Of a stretch of DNA of 64,000 bases, positions 29,749 through 38,299 are shown one piece after another (positions within the stretch are counted from its first letter, which is position 1; every line of letters begins with the position of its first letter). The stretch is from NCBI GenBank assembly GCA_031414535.1, contig JANNVQ010000008.1, positions 24,106 to 88,105 of the forward strand. The letters run 5' to 3'. Source of the stretch: Gemmatimonas sp. (GTDB taxonomy: Bacteria; Gemmatimonadota; Gemmatimonadetes; Gemmatimonadales; Gemmatimonadaceae). The notes under the pieces are model-generated. The model did no database searches. It was given only the letters and a program-made list of their open reading frames with translations, and had not been told where the DNA came from. Position numbers and translations under genes: made by a program.

Positions 29749-31746
29749 GTGGATCCCTCGCGCTACGCTGACCTGTTTCGCACCGAGAGCCGTGAACAGC
29801 TCTCGACGGTGAATCGCGCCCTGCTCTCCATCGAGCAGGGGGACGATCCCGCGGAGCCGGTGGCGGCGATTTTTCGCGGTGTTCACACCATTAAGGGCAT
29901 GAGCGCCACGATGGGGTACACGGCTGTTGCGGAGTTCTCGCACGAGCTGGAGTCGTTGCTCTCGAAGGTGCGTGATGGCGACCAAACTGTCAGCGCGGAG
30001 TTGATGGACGCGCTGTTCGCTGCGGCCGACGCGCTCGAGGACGGGGTGGAGCACTCGCGCGAAGGCAGCACGCTGACCCCAGGCATGCAGCAAGCGCTTG
30101 AGCGCTTGCACGACATTGCCGGTGGGCGCTCCACCGCGGAGTTCCGCGTGGTGCGGCCGAGTGGCGTGGTGAAGATGCCCGCTGAGGACCTCGATCCGCT
30201 TGATGGAGAAGGCACGCTGGTGCACGTGGTGCAGGAGCCCACAGTGGTCCTGCCCGGCGTGCGCGCTTTCATGGCGGTGCAGCGACTGGGGGACTTGGGC
30301 GAGATTCTCGCCTGCGTCCCTTCGGTGGAGAAACTGCAGGCTGCGACGACGCCGCAAACTTTCAGTGTGCGTCTGCGCACCGCGGCCGGTGAGGCGGAGT
30401 TGGCACACGCGGTGCGGAGCGCGGGCGATGTGGCCGGCGTGCGCGTCGAAGAGCGCGCGGCAGTGTCGGTGATTGCGCCCGCATCCGCTACCATCGCAAT
30501 CGCGTCCTCAACGCTTGATGAAGTCACTAACGCCGCGCATCCCTTGCGTCGCGCCAGTGATGCCTTTGGCGTTGCCGACACACTCGGGCCCGCAGAGCGC
30601 GGCAGCAGCCCGCGCGCCCGGCACGTGCGCATCGAACTCTCGCGCTTGGACGCCTTGCTCGACCTCGTGGGCGAGTTGGTCATTGTGCGCGGCCGCCTGC
30701 GGGCGCTCACCCGCGCCAAGGCCGACGCGCCGCTGCAAGACGCGATGGACGACGCGACACGGCTCATCTCCGACTTGCAGGCGGAGATCATGACGAGCCG
30801 CCTTGTCCCAGTGGGACAGGTGTTCGATCGCTTCCCGCGCTTGGTGCGCGACGTGGCGCGTGCGCTGGGCAAGGATGTGCTGTTCAGCATCGAAGGAAAG
30901 GACATCGAGATGGACCGCTCGGTGCTCGACGAGATCGGCGAGCCGGTGGTGCATCTGCTGCGCAACGCGGTGGACCACGGACTGGAGATGCCGGCGGTAC
31001 GCGAGGCGGCGGGCAAGGCGCGAGCGGGTCGGCTCGTGCTCTCTGCACAGCGAGACCGCAACTCCGTTGTGATCACGGTCAAGGACGACGGCAAAGGCAT
31101 CGATCGCGCGCGGGTGATGGCGCGCGCGGTGGCCAGTGGACTGCTGCCGGCCGGCACCGAGCGCCTCGACGATGATGATTTGCTGCGCTGCATCGCGCAG
31201 CCGGGATTCTCGACGTCGGAGCGGGTGACAGAGGTGTCTGGCCGCGGCGTGGGCGTGGACGCGGTGATTTCGCGCGTGCGCGCACTCGGTGGATCGGTGG
31301 AGTTGCAGACCCAGCCCGGCCGCGGTACCAGCGTGACGCTACGCTTGCCGGTGACGCTGGCCATTGTGCGCGCGCTGCTGGCGCGCATCGGCGCCGAGCG
31401 CTACGCGCTGCCGCTCACGCATGTACGCGAGACGCTTGAGCGGGGGACGGCCGTACTGCGCCAGGTACAGGGGCGCGAGATGCTCATCCTGCGCGATGAG
31501 GTGCTGCCCGTCTTGCGCCTGCGCGACGTGGTACTTCTGCCGGGGCAGGTGGCGGGTGAGGAGATTGTCGTGATTGAACGTGGCGAGCGGCGGGCGGCCT
31601 TGGTGGTGGACGAGCTCACCGCGCAGGAAGACATCGTAGTGAAGTCCTTCGACGGAGCTCGGGACGGGCTCGCGCTGTTCAGTGGCGCGACCATCCTTGC
31701 GGACGGGGCGCCGGCACTCATCGTGGACGTGGGGAGCTTGCTATGA
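29749..31746 (+). CDS. cheA: Chemotaxis histidine kinase CheA
   Basis: Hpt FRGVHTIKGMSATMG, HLLRNAVDHG, DDGKGID, SGRGVGVD, C-terminal CheW-like P5 domain. Confidence 0.96.
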   Translation: MDPSRYADLFRTESREQLSTVNRALLSIEQGDDPAEPVAAIFRGVHTIKGMSATMGYTAVAEFSHELESLLSKVRDGDQTVSAELMDALFAAADALEDGVEHSREGSTLTPGMQQALERLHDIAGGRSTAEFRVVRPSGVVKMPAEDLDPLDGEGTLVHVVQEPTVVLPGVRAFMAVQRLGDLGEILACVPSVEKLQAATTPQTFSVRLRTAAGEAELAHAVRSAGDVAGVRVEERAAVSVIAPASATIAIASSTLDEVTNAAHPLRRASDAFGVADTLGPAERGSSPRARHVRIELSRLDALLDLVGELVIVRGRLRALTRAKADAPLQDAMDDATRLISDLQAEIMTSRLVPVGQVFDRFPRLVRDVARALGKDVLFSIEGKDIEMDRSVLDEIGEPVVHLLRNAVDHGLEMPAVREAAGKARAGRLVLSAQRDRNSVVITVKDDGKGIDRARVMARAVASGLLPAGTERLDDDDLLRCIAQPGFSTSERVTEVSGRGVGVDAVISRVRALGGSVELQTQPGRGTSVTLRLPVTLAIVRALLARIGAERYALPLTHVRETLERGTAVLRQVQGREMLILRDEVLPVLRLRDVVLLPGQVAGEEIVVIERGERRAALVVDELTAQEDIVVKSFDGARDGLALFSGATILADGAPALIVDVGSLL

Positions 31747-32369
31747 CGATTCCATTGGACGACGTCCGGAACCTTTCGCGCGCTGCGCTCGACGCACTGC
31801 GTGAAGTGGCCAACATCGGCGCGGGGCACGCTGCGACGGCGCTCTCGCAGATTACCGGGCAGCGCATCATGATCTCGGTGCCGCAAATCAATGTGGCGGC
31901 TATCGAGGATGTGCCGAATCAGATCGCCTCGGGCGAGGAACCAGTGGCCGGCATCGCCATCAAAGTCGAGGGCGATCTCACGGGCCTCACGCTACTCGTG
32001 TTCCCGAAGCCGATCGCCTATCGCATCGCGAGCCTGATGATGGGCGGCCGGCCGGTGACGCAGCTCGGGGCCATCGAGGAAAGCGCACTCAAGGAGGCGG
32101 GGAACATTCTCTCGGCGGCGTATCTCAATGCGCTGGCGGAGTTTCTTGGCATGCGCATTCTCAACTCACCGCCTCTGCTTGCGGTGGACATGAGCGATGC
32201 CATTCTGAGCTCCACCTATGTGGAGACCTCGCAAGGTGCCTCGCACGTGTTCTGCGTGGAGAGCGAGTTCCAGCTCGCCAACGATACGCTTCCGTTGCGA
32301 GGTTTCTTCCTGCTGCTGCCTGACCCGCCATCGCTGCGGGCCATGCTCACGGCCATCAAGGTTTCGTGA
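31743..32369 (+). CDS. cheC: CheY-P phosphatase CheC
   Basis: Two ExxN motifs: DALREVANIGAGHAATALS and SALKEAGNIL. Confidence 0.93.
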   Translation: MTIPLDDVRNLSRAALDALREVANIGAGHAATALSQITGQRIMISVPQINVAAIEDVPNQIASGEEPVAGIAIKVEGDLTGLTLLVFPKPIAYRIASLMMGGRPVTQLGAIEESALKEAGNILSAAYLNALAEFLGMRILNSPPLLAVDMSDAILSSTYVETSQGASHVFCVESEFQLANDTLPLRGFFLLLPDPPSLRAMLTAIKVS

Positions 32370-35074
32370 CCCGTCCGTCCATCGCCGTGTCAACGCGGGA
32401 CCGCGAGGTCCTGCGTGGCTTTGCGCGCCGCATTGATGCGGCGGACGCCGGCGCGCACAATAACCTGGGTGTGTTGTATTACACGAAGGGATTGTACGAA
32501 GAAGCGGTAGAGGCCTTCACGAAGGCGCTCGACCTGGACCCCAAGATGCAGGTGGCGCAGCGCAATCTCGAAGTCGCCTACTTCAACACGGGCTACTACG
32601 ATTCGCGCGTCGCGGAGCTGCGTGAGCGCTTGCGCCACAAGCCCGATGATCGCGATGCTCGTTGGGAGCTCGGCCGCGCCTTCGCCTTGCTCGGTCAGCC
32701 AGAAGACGCCATCCCGGAATTTCAGGCGCTCCTCGCGCTGCGTCCGGGCGACGTGGGCACGATGATCCAGCTGGGACTCGCCGAGAAGGCGGCGGGGCGC
32801 CTGGGCGTGGGACTGAGTTGGTTCCGCACCGCCTTGGGTCGCGATCCGCAGAGTGGATTGCTGCATTTCTACGTGGGCGAGGTGCTGTACAATCAAGGCG
32901 CGTTCGATGATGCGCTGAGCTCCTTGCATCGCGCCATCCAGTTGAATCCTGATCATCCGGACTCGCATTTCCTGCTCTCCTTCGTACTCGGCGACATGGG
33001 CCGCCACGATGAAGCGCAGGCCGCCTCCAAGCGCGCCATCCAGTTGAACCCGGCGCTTTCGCGGGCCCAAGCCAACCTCTCGCTCGACGAGTATGACCAA
33101 AAGAAGTACGAGCAGTTGGTGCCGGGACGTCAGGCAAGAAAGTCGCAGGCGCAAATGCGCATTGCCGAAGGCGAGCCCTTGGCGCACTACACGCTAGGGC
33201 AGGCGTTCCGCCAGCAGGGATTGCTTTCCGAGGCAAGTCGCGAGTACGACACCGCGCTGCTGCGGGGTGAGGATCGTGCGCTGGTGGTGCAGGCGATGGC
33301 CGAACTGCACTTGCTGCGCAAGGAACCGCAGCCGGCCATCGCGTTGTACGACGAGTTGCTGGCGCAGCAGTCTGATTCACCCAAGCTGTGGAACGAACGC
33401 GGCGTGGCCTTGCATCAAACTGGTGACCATGCGGCGGCGGCAGAGAGTTATGGCAAGGCGCTGCAGGTGGACCCGACCTACGTCATCGCGCGGAACAATC
33501 TCGCGGTGGCACTGTTCCACGACAATTCGCCCGAAGACTCGATTGACGAGTTCCGCGAGGCATTGCGTTCGAACCCGATGTTCATCAAGGCGCGGCTCAA
33601 TCTCGCGCTCTTGCTCGTGCGCGGGAAGCGTTTTCAGCTTGCGCTTGAGGCGTATCGGCAGGTGTTGGAGCACGACGCCGAAGCCCCGTTGGCCTGGAAT
33701 GGCGTGGGCTTGGTGCTCAGTGAGATGCGCCGGTTCGACGAGGCGCGCACGGCCTACGCCCGCGCCATTCAGTCCAAGCCGGATTTCGCCGAAGCGCATT
33801 ACAACTTGAGCTTCACGCTCTCCAATCTTGGCGACTACGCTGGGGCGCTGCGCGAAACCAAGCGTGCGCTGGAGATGGATCCGTACTACACGCCTCAGAC
33901 CTTCCAACTCGCCATTGACCTCGAGTTTGAGGACGTAGACCTAACGGTTGTGCCGGATTTGGGCGGCGAGAAGCGGATAAGCGGCGGGGTGGAGACCTTC
34001 AGCTTCGATAACTCGATCCTCGACTCCATCTTCAAGCAGCTTGATCCCGTGGTGGCGCCAGAACAGGCGCCAGCGGAGGAAGGTGATCCCTACGCCCTCG
34101 CGGAGGACTTCCTCTCAAAGGGGTTGGTCGATCGTGCGATGGCGGAGGTGAGGCGTGCTCTGGGGCGCGGCGCGGAACCAGCGCGGGGCGATGCTTTGCT
34201 CGGAGAGGCGTTTGGACGTCAGGGTGCCTGGGGCGATGCGCTCGAGCGCTTTGAAGCCGCTCGCCGAGTGGACGCGCGCAACACCGAGGCGCTACGCGGC
34301 GAGACCCAAGCCTTGCTCATGCTGGGGCGCGGCGCGGAAGCTGCGGCGCCCGCGGCCATCTTGCTTGAACTGCTTCCAACCGACGTGGATGCCTTGTTAC
34401 TCGTGGCGACGGCGCGCTTTGAGAGCGGTGACGCCCAAGGTGCGCTCGCAGTACTCGACGACGCACGGCGCGCCGATCCCACGCGCGCCGAGGTGCTGCG
34501 TGGCGTGGGCAACGTCCTGCGCGCGATGGAGAACATTGACGCCGCCATCTCCGCGTATCGTCATGCGCTTACGATTGACGGCGACTTTGCGGCCGTGCGC
34601 TACGACTTGGCGCAGTTGCTGATCACGCGTGGCGATTTCTCCGAGGCCGAGCGCGAGTTGCTGCTCGCGCTCGACGCCGTGCCCACCTACGCCGATGCAA
34701 CGCTGTCGCTGGCATCCTTGCACCGGCAGCGCGAGGAAACGGGGAAGGCACTGGCCTTGCTCGTGGACTTCCTCGAGCGCGATCCGTACTCGTTTGACGG
34801 GCTCGTGGCGCTGGGTGAACTGCTCCTCGACATGGGCCGCAATGAGGATGCTGCCTTTGCCTTCCAACGCGTGCTGCGCTTTGATCCCGCGCACGTGGGT
34901 GCCGTGTTCCATCAGGGTTTGCTCCTCTCACGCCAGCAGCGCTTTCGTGAGGCGGTAGCCTGCTTCCGACGCGTGGCCGAATTGGAGCCGCAGGGTGAGT
35001 TCGCCCGCCGAGCCTTCCGCGAAGCGCGCGCAATCGCGCAGCGCGTGGATGGCTTGGACGAGGAGGCGGGCTAA
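32366..35074 (+). CDS. Large cytoplasmic TPR protein (902 aa)
   Basis: Many TPR units (AHNNLGVLY...A.EAF.KAL.LDP) in arrays separated by linkers; no signal peptide. Confidence 0.9.
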   Translation: MTRPSIAVSTRDREVLRGFARRIDAADAGAHNNLGVLYYTKGLYEEAVEAFTKALDLDPKMQVAQRNLEVAYFNTGYYDSRVAELRERLRHKPDDRDARWELGRAFALLGQPEDAIPEFQALLALRPGDVGTMIQLGLAEKAAGRLGVGLSWFRTALGRDPQSGLLHFYVGEVLYNQGAFDDALSSLHRAIQLNPDHPDSHFLLSFVLGDMGRHDEAQAASKRAIQLNPALSRAQANLSLDEYDQKKYEQLVPGRQARKSQAQMRIAEGEPLAHYTLGQAFRQQGLLSEASREYDTALLRGEDRALVVQAMAELHLLRKEPQPAIALYDELLAQQSDSPKLWNERGVALHQTGDHAAAAESYGKALQVDPTYVIARNNLAVALFHDNSPEDSIDEFREALRSNPMFIKARLNLALLLVRGKRFQLALEAYRQVLEHDAEAPLAWNGVGLVLSEMRRFDEARTAYARAIQSKPDFAEAHYNLSFTLSNLGDYAGALRETKRALEMDPYYTPQTFQLAIDLEFEDVDLTVVPDLGGEKRISGGVETFSFDNSILDSIFKQLDPVVAPEQAPAEEGDPYALAEDFLSKGLVDRAMAEVRRALGRGAEPARGDALLGEAFGRQGAWGDALERFEAARRVDARNTEALRGETQALLMLGRGAEAAAPAAILLELLPTDVDALLLVATARFESGDAQGALAVLDDARRADPTRAEVLRGVGNVLRAMENIDAAISAYRHALTIDGDFAAVRYDLAQLLITRGDFSEAERELLLALDAVPTYADATLSLASLHRQREETGKALALLVDFLERDPYSFDGLVALGELLLDMGRNEDAAFAFQRVLRFDPAHVGAVFHQGLLLSRQQRFREAVACFRRVAELEPQGEFARRAFREARAIAQRVDGLDEEAG

Positions 35075-36054
35075 TGGCCATTGAAGGCCCGCTGAAGGAG
35101 CTCGGCATCCACGACGTCTTCCAACTGCTCGATCTGAGCCGGAAGACGGGGGTGCTCATCGTCACCTCGCAGCTTCGTGACAACGAAGGCGAGGTGCTGT
35201 TCGAGAATGGCAAGGTCATTTCGGCGAGCATCAAGTCCAATCCGCACCGCATCGGCGACCTACTCGTGCGCACAGGGCGGCTGACGGATGCGGATCTCGC
35301 ACGCGTGCGCGATTCGCAGGCTGCTGGCGACAAGCGCCGCTTCGGGGAAATCCTTATCGCCCTCGGCTTGGTCACGGCGCGCGAGATTGAGCGGCAGATG
35401 CGCTTGCAGATTGAAGCTGTGGTGTTTGAATTGATGGCGTGGTCCGAAGGAAACTTCCGGTTCACCGAAGGACTGGATGATGACGCCTTTCGCGATGCTT
35501 CGGCGCCCTTGGGCACAGAGTCGCTCCTGATGGAAGGCGCGCGGCGCATTGACGAATGGTCACGCATCGCGGATCGCGTACCCAACCTGTCGGTGATTCC
35601 TGACCTCGCGCCCGGCGACGCTGATCATCCAGCGCTGCTCGATCTGTTGCCGCAGGAGTGGAAGGTGTTGGCCATGATTGACGGCGCAACAGATCTGCGC
35701 ACCATCGCCGCGACGGTCTCGATGAGCGAGTTCGATGTGGCGCGCGTCATGTACGGACTCGTGAGCACGGGCGTCGTGATATTGCGGCAACCGACGCGCA
35801 ACAGTTCCACCATCGCGCTGCCGAGTGAACTCCGGAAGGCCTCGAAGCTCACGCCGCACGGTGTGGTGCCTTCGGCGCTGGTGCGTGGGGCGGAGTATTT
35901 CCGTCGCGGCGCACTCTCCGATGGAATCGCCACCTGGTCTGCGTTCATCGAGAGCACGCCGAAGTATCCGTCGGCTACAGACCTCCGCGACGCCGTGCGG
36001 GGCGCGACGAAGCTCGTGGAAGTGCTCGACCGGGAGGTGCCGCGTGAGCGGTGA
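35074..36054 (+). CDS. DUF4388 (PatA-N) protein with degenerate MshEN-like motifs
   Basis: MAIEGPLKELGIHDVFQLL...KTG.L, W.EG.F.F, LLMEGARRIDEW; RIGDLLVRTG...RFGEILIALG. Confidence 0.85.
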   Translation: MAIEGPLKELGIHDVFQLLDLSRKTGVLIVTSQLRDNEGEVLFENGKVISASIKSNPHRIGDLLVRTGRLTDADLARVRDSQAAGDKRRFGEILIALGLVTAREIERQMRLQIEAVVFELMAWSEGNFRFTEGLDDDAFRDASAPLGTESLLMEGARRIDEWSRIADRVPNLSVIPDLAPGDADHPALLDLLPQEWKVLAMIDGATDLRTIAATVSMSEFDVARVMYGLVSTGVVILRQPTRNSSTIALPSELRKASKLTPHGVVPSALVRGAEYFRRGALSDGIATWSAFIESTPKYPSATDLRDAVRGATKLVEVLDREVPRER

Positions 36055-36856
36055 CATTCGGTCCATGAGCGAGCAGCTCGCCGCGGATCCGGCGAGCTTG
36101 GTGTTCTTGCCGCTCGCCGAGCAGCTGCTCGGACGCGGGGAGCTGGCGCACGCATCACGTGTGGCGCGGAAGGGTGCCGAGCGGCACGCGCATCGCGCTG
36201 ATGTGCACGACTTGGTGGCGCGCATCGCGCTCGCGCAGGGCGAGGAGACCGCGGCCGAGCGCGCCTGGATTTCGTCACTGGCCATTGCGCCGGACTTTGG
36301 CGCCGCGCATCGTGGACTGGGCTTCCTCTGCTATCGTCAGGGGCGCTGGGACGACGCGCAGACGCACCTGGCCAAGGCGCGCACGATGACGCCCGGTGAT
36401 CCGGCGCTCGAGGCCGCGTGGGAAGCGCTCCACGTGGCGCGCACGGAAGACTTACGTACGGCACAGGCCGCTCCCGAACTTTCCGCCGCCGAGTCAGCTG
36501 GTGCGTTGTTTGCGGGACAGATCGGCGAGACGGGACAGGTGGCGCTTTTGCTCGACTCCGATGGTTTGGTGGTGGCAGGGCAGTACATGACAGCTCAGGG
36601 CGAGGATCTGGGCGCCATCATCGGCGCGCACTTGTCTGGCGTCAGTGACGAAGCGGCGCGCGCTATGCGGCACTTTGGGCTTGGCACCTGGACGCGCATC
36701 GCGATTGAAACGGAAGCCGCCACCGTAGTGATGGCGCCCACGGGAGAGAGCGTCACTCTCGTGGCGGCGCCGCGCGATGTTCCCTTGGGCTTGGTGCGAC
36801 GGACGCTTGATCACTGCGTGCAGGCCGCCGCCGCGTGGTTGGGAGGTGGCGTATGA
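36044..36856 (+). CDS. TPR + Roadblock/LC7 domain protein
   Basis: N-terminal TPRs (DPASLVFLPLAE); C-terminal ALLLDSDGLVVAG...LGLVR Roadblock pattern. GTG start at 36044. Confidence 0.8.
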   Translation: MSGDIRSMSEQLAADPASLVFLPLAEQLLGRGELAHASRVARKGAERHAHRADVHDLVARIALAQGEETAAERAWISSLAIAPDFGAAHRGLGFLCYRQGRWDDAQTHLAKARTMTPGDPALEAAWEALHVARTEDLRTAQAAPELSAAESAGALFAGQIGETGQVALLLDSDGLVVAGQYMTAQGEDLGAIIGAHLSGVSDEAARAMRHFGLGTWTRIAIETEAATVVMAPTGESVTLVAAPRDVPLGLVRRTLDHCVQAAAAWLGGGV

Positions 36857-37194
36857 GTAGCTTTGCCCCGCTACTCGCCACCGTGACGCGGCACCGCGGC
36901 GTGATGGCCTGTCTGGTTGTGGCCGAGGAAGATGGCATCGTCGTGGAGGGCACGGCGCAGATGGGCGTGGACACTGCGGCGTTCGCCGCGCTCACGGCTT
37001 CGCTCTACCGGAAGGCCGCACGGGCCGCGGCGAGTGCTGGATTCGGCGGCACCAGCTTCTGCGATTTGGAGGCCCAACAGGGTCGGGTGCTCGCAGCGGG
37101 CCGCAACGGTCTCGTGCTGGTGGCAGTGGCTGAGCCGCGGGCGAATCTCGGTTTGCTGCGCGTGGAACTGCTGAAGGCGGCGGCGGCCCTGTGA
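36853..37194 (+). CDS. Roadblock/LC7 domain protein
   Basis: GVMACLVVAEEDGIVV...FAALTASL...ANLGLLR. Confidence 0.85.
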   Translation: MSSFAPLLATVTRHRGVMACLVVAEEDGIVVEGTAQMGVDTAAFAALTASLYRKAARAAASAGFGGTSFCDLEAQQGRVLAAGRNGLVLVAVAEPRANLGLLRVELLKAAAAL

Positions 37195-37664
37195 TTCGTC
37201 ACTCCATCACTATTGGTTGGGCCGATGCGCCACTCAAGCGCTTTGTGGATGACGCGCGTTTGGAACACGCCATCTTGATGCACACGAGTGGCCAAGTGCT
37301 CGCACAGGTTGGATTTCAACGCTCGATTGACGTGCAGACCGCCTGCGCGCTCTCGGCGGCCATCAACGCGTCGGCCGATCACTTGGGGAAGATGGTGGAC
37401 GGGCGCCCGTTCACCGGTCTGCATTATGGTGGGAAGGCGCGACAGATTTATCTTGGCTTACTGCAGACATCGAGCGGTCCGCTGCTGCTGCTGGCCGTGT
37501 TCGACACCGAAAGTTCGCTGGGCATCGTGCAGCTCTATCTCAAGGAGCTGCAGGCGCACGTAGCGGCAGCCGCTCCGGCGGCGGAAGACGAATCGCCGGC
37601 CTTGGCTGAGAACTTTGAGTCGGATCTCAACCGCAACCTCGCCCAACTCTTCGGGAGGGGCTGA
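37191..37664 (+). CDS. mglB: MglB-like Roadblock protein (putative GAP)
   Basis: SGQVLAQ.GF, ALSAA, FDTESSLGIVQL, acidic C-terminal helix ending QLF; directly upstream of mglA. Confidence 0.8.
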   Translation: MIRHSITIGWADAPLKRFVDDARLEHAILMHTSGQVLAQVGFQRSIDVQTACALSAAINASADHLGKMVDGRPFTGLHYGGKARQIYLGLLQTSSGPLLLLAVFDTESSLGIVQLYLKELQAHVAAAAPAAEDESPALAENFESDLNRNLAQLFGRG

Positions 37665-37698
37665 TGCGAGACTCCATCCATCACCGCGAGACCGTCCA

Positions 37699-38298
37699 GT
37701 GAGCCTCGTTAACTACGCCACGCGCGAGATCACCTGCAAGATTGTCTACTACGGACCAGGTCGGTCCGGCAAGACGACCAATCTGCATTACATCCACGGT
37801 CAGGTGCCGACGGATCGTAAGGGGCAGATGGTGTCGCTCGCCACGCAGACCGACCGCACGCTGTTCTTTGACTTCCTGCCGATTGATCTCGGAACCATCT
37901 CCGGCTTCTCGACGAGATTCCAGCTGTACACGGTGCCCGGGCAGGTCTACTACCAGACCACGCGCAAGCTTGTGCTGCAAGGCGCGGACGGGGTGGTGTT
38001 TGTGGCGGATTCGCAGTCGCGGCAGCTGCAGGAGAACATCGAAAGTTTTCAGGACCTGCACGAGAATTTGGCGGAGCAGGGCGTGGACGCGCGCAGCATG
38101 CCGCTGGTGGTGCAGTACAACAAAATTGATTTGCCCGACGAATTACGCACGCCGGTGCCCGAGCTCGAGGACGCCATCAATTTCCGCGGCGTCCCATCGT
38201 TCTCCGCGGACGCGCTGCACGGCCCGGGGGTGTTTGAGACGCTACGCGGCATCTCGGAACAGGTGTTGCGTAAGCTGAGCGCTGGGCGGAACGGCTAG
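37699..38298 (+). CDS. mglA: MglA family small GTPase
   Basis: REITCKIVYYGPGRSGKTTN, DRTLFFDFLP, YTVPGQ, YNKID. GTG start at 37699. Confidence 0.96.
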   Translation: MSLVNYATREITCKIVYYGPGRSGKTTNLHYIHGQVPTDRKGQMVSLATQTDRTLFFDFLPIDLGTISGFSTRFQLYTVPGQVYYQTTRKLVLQGADGVVFVADSQSRQLQENIESFQDLHENLAEQGVDARSMPLVVQYNKIDLPDELRTPVPELEDAINFRGVPSFSADALHGPGVFETLRGISEQVLRKLSAGRNG

Positions 38299-38299
38299 G

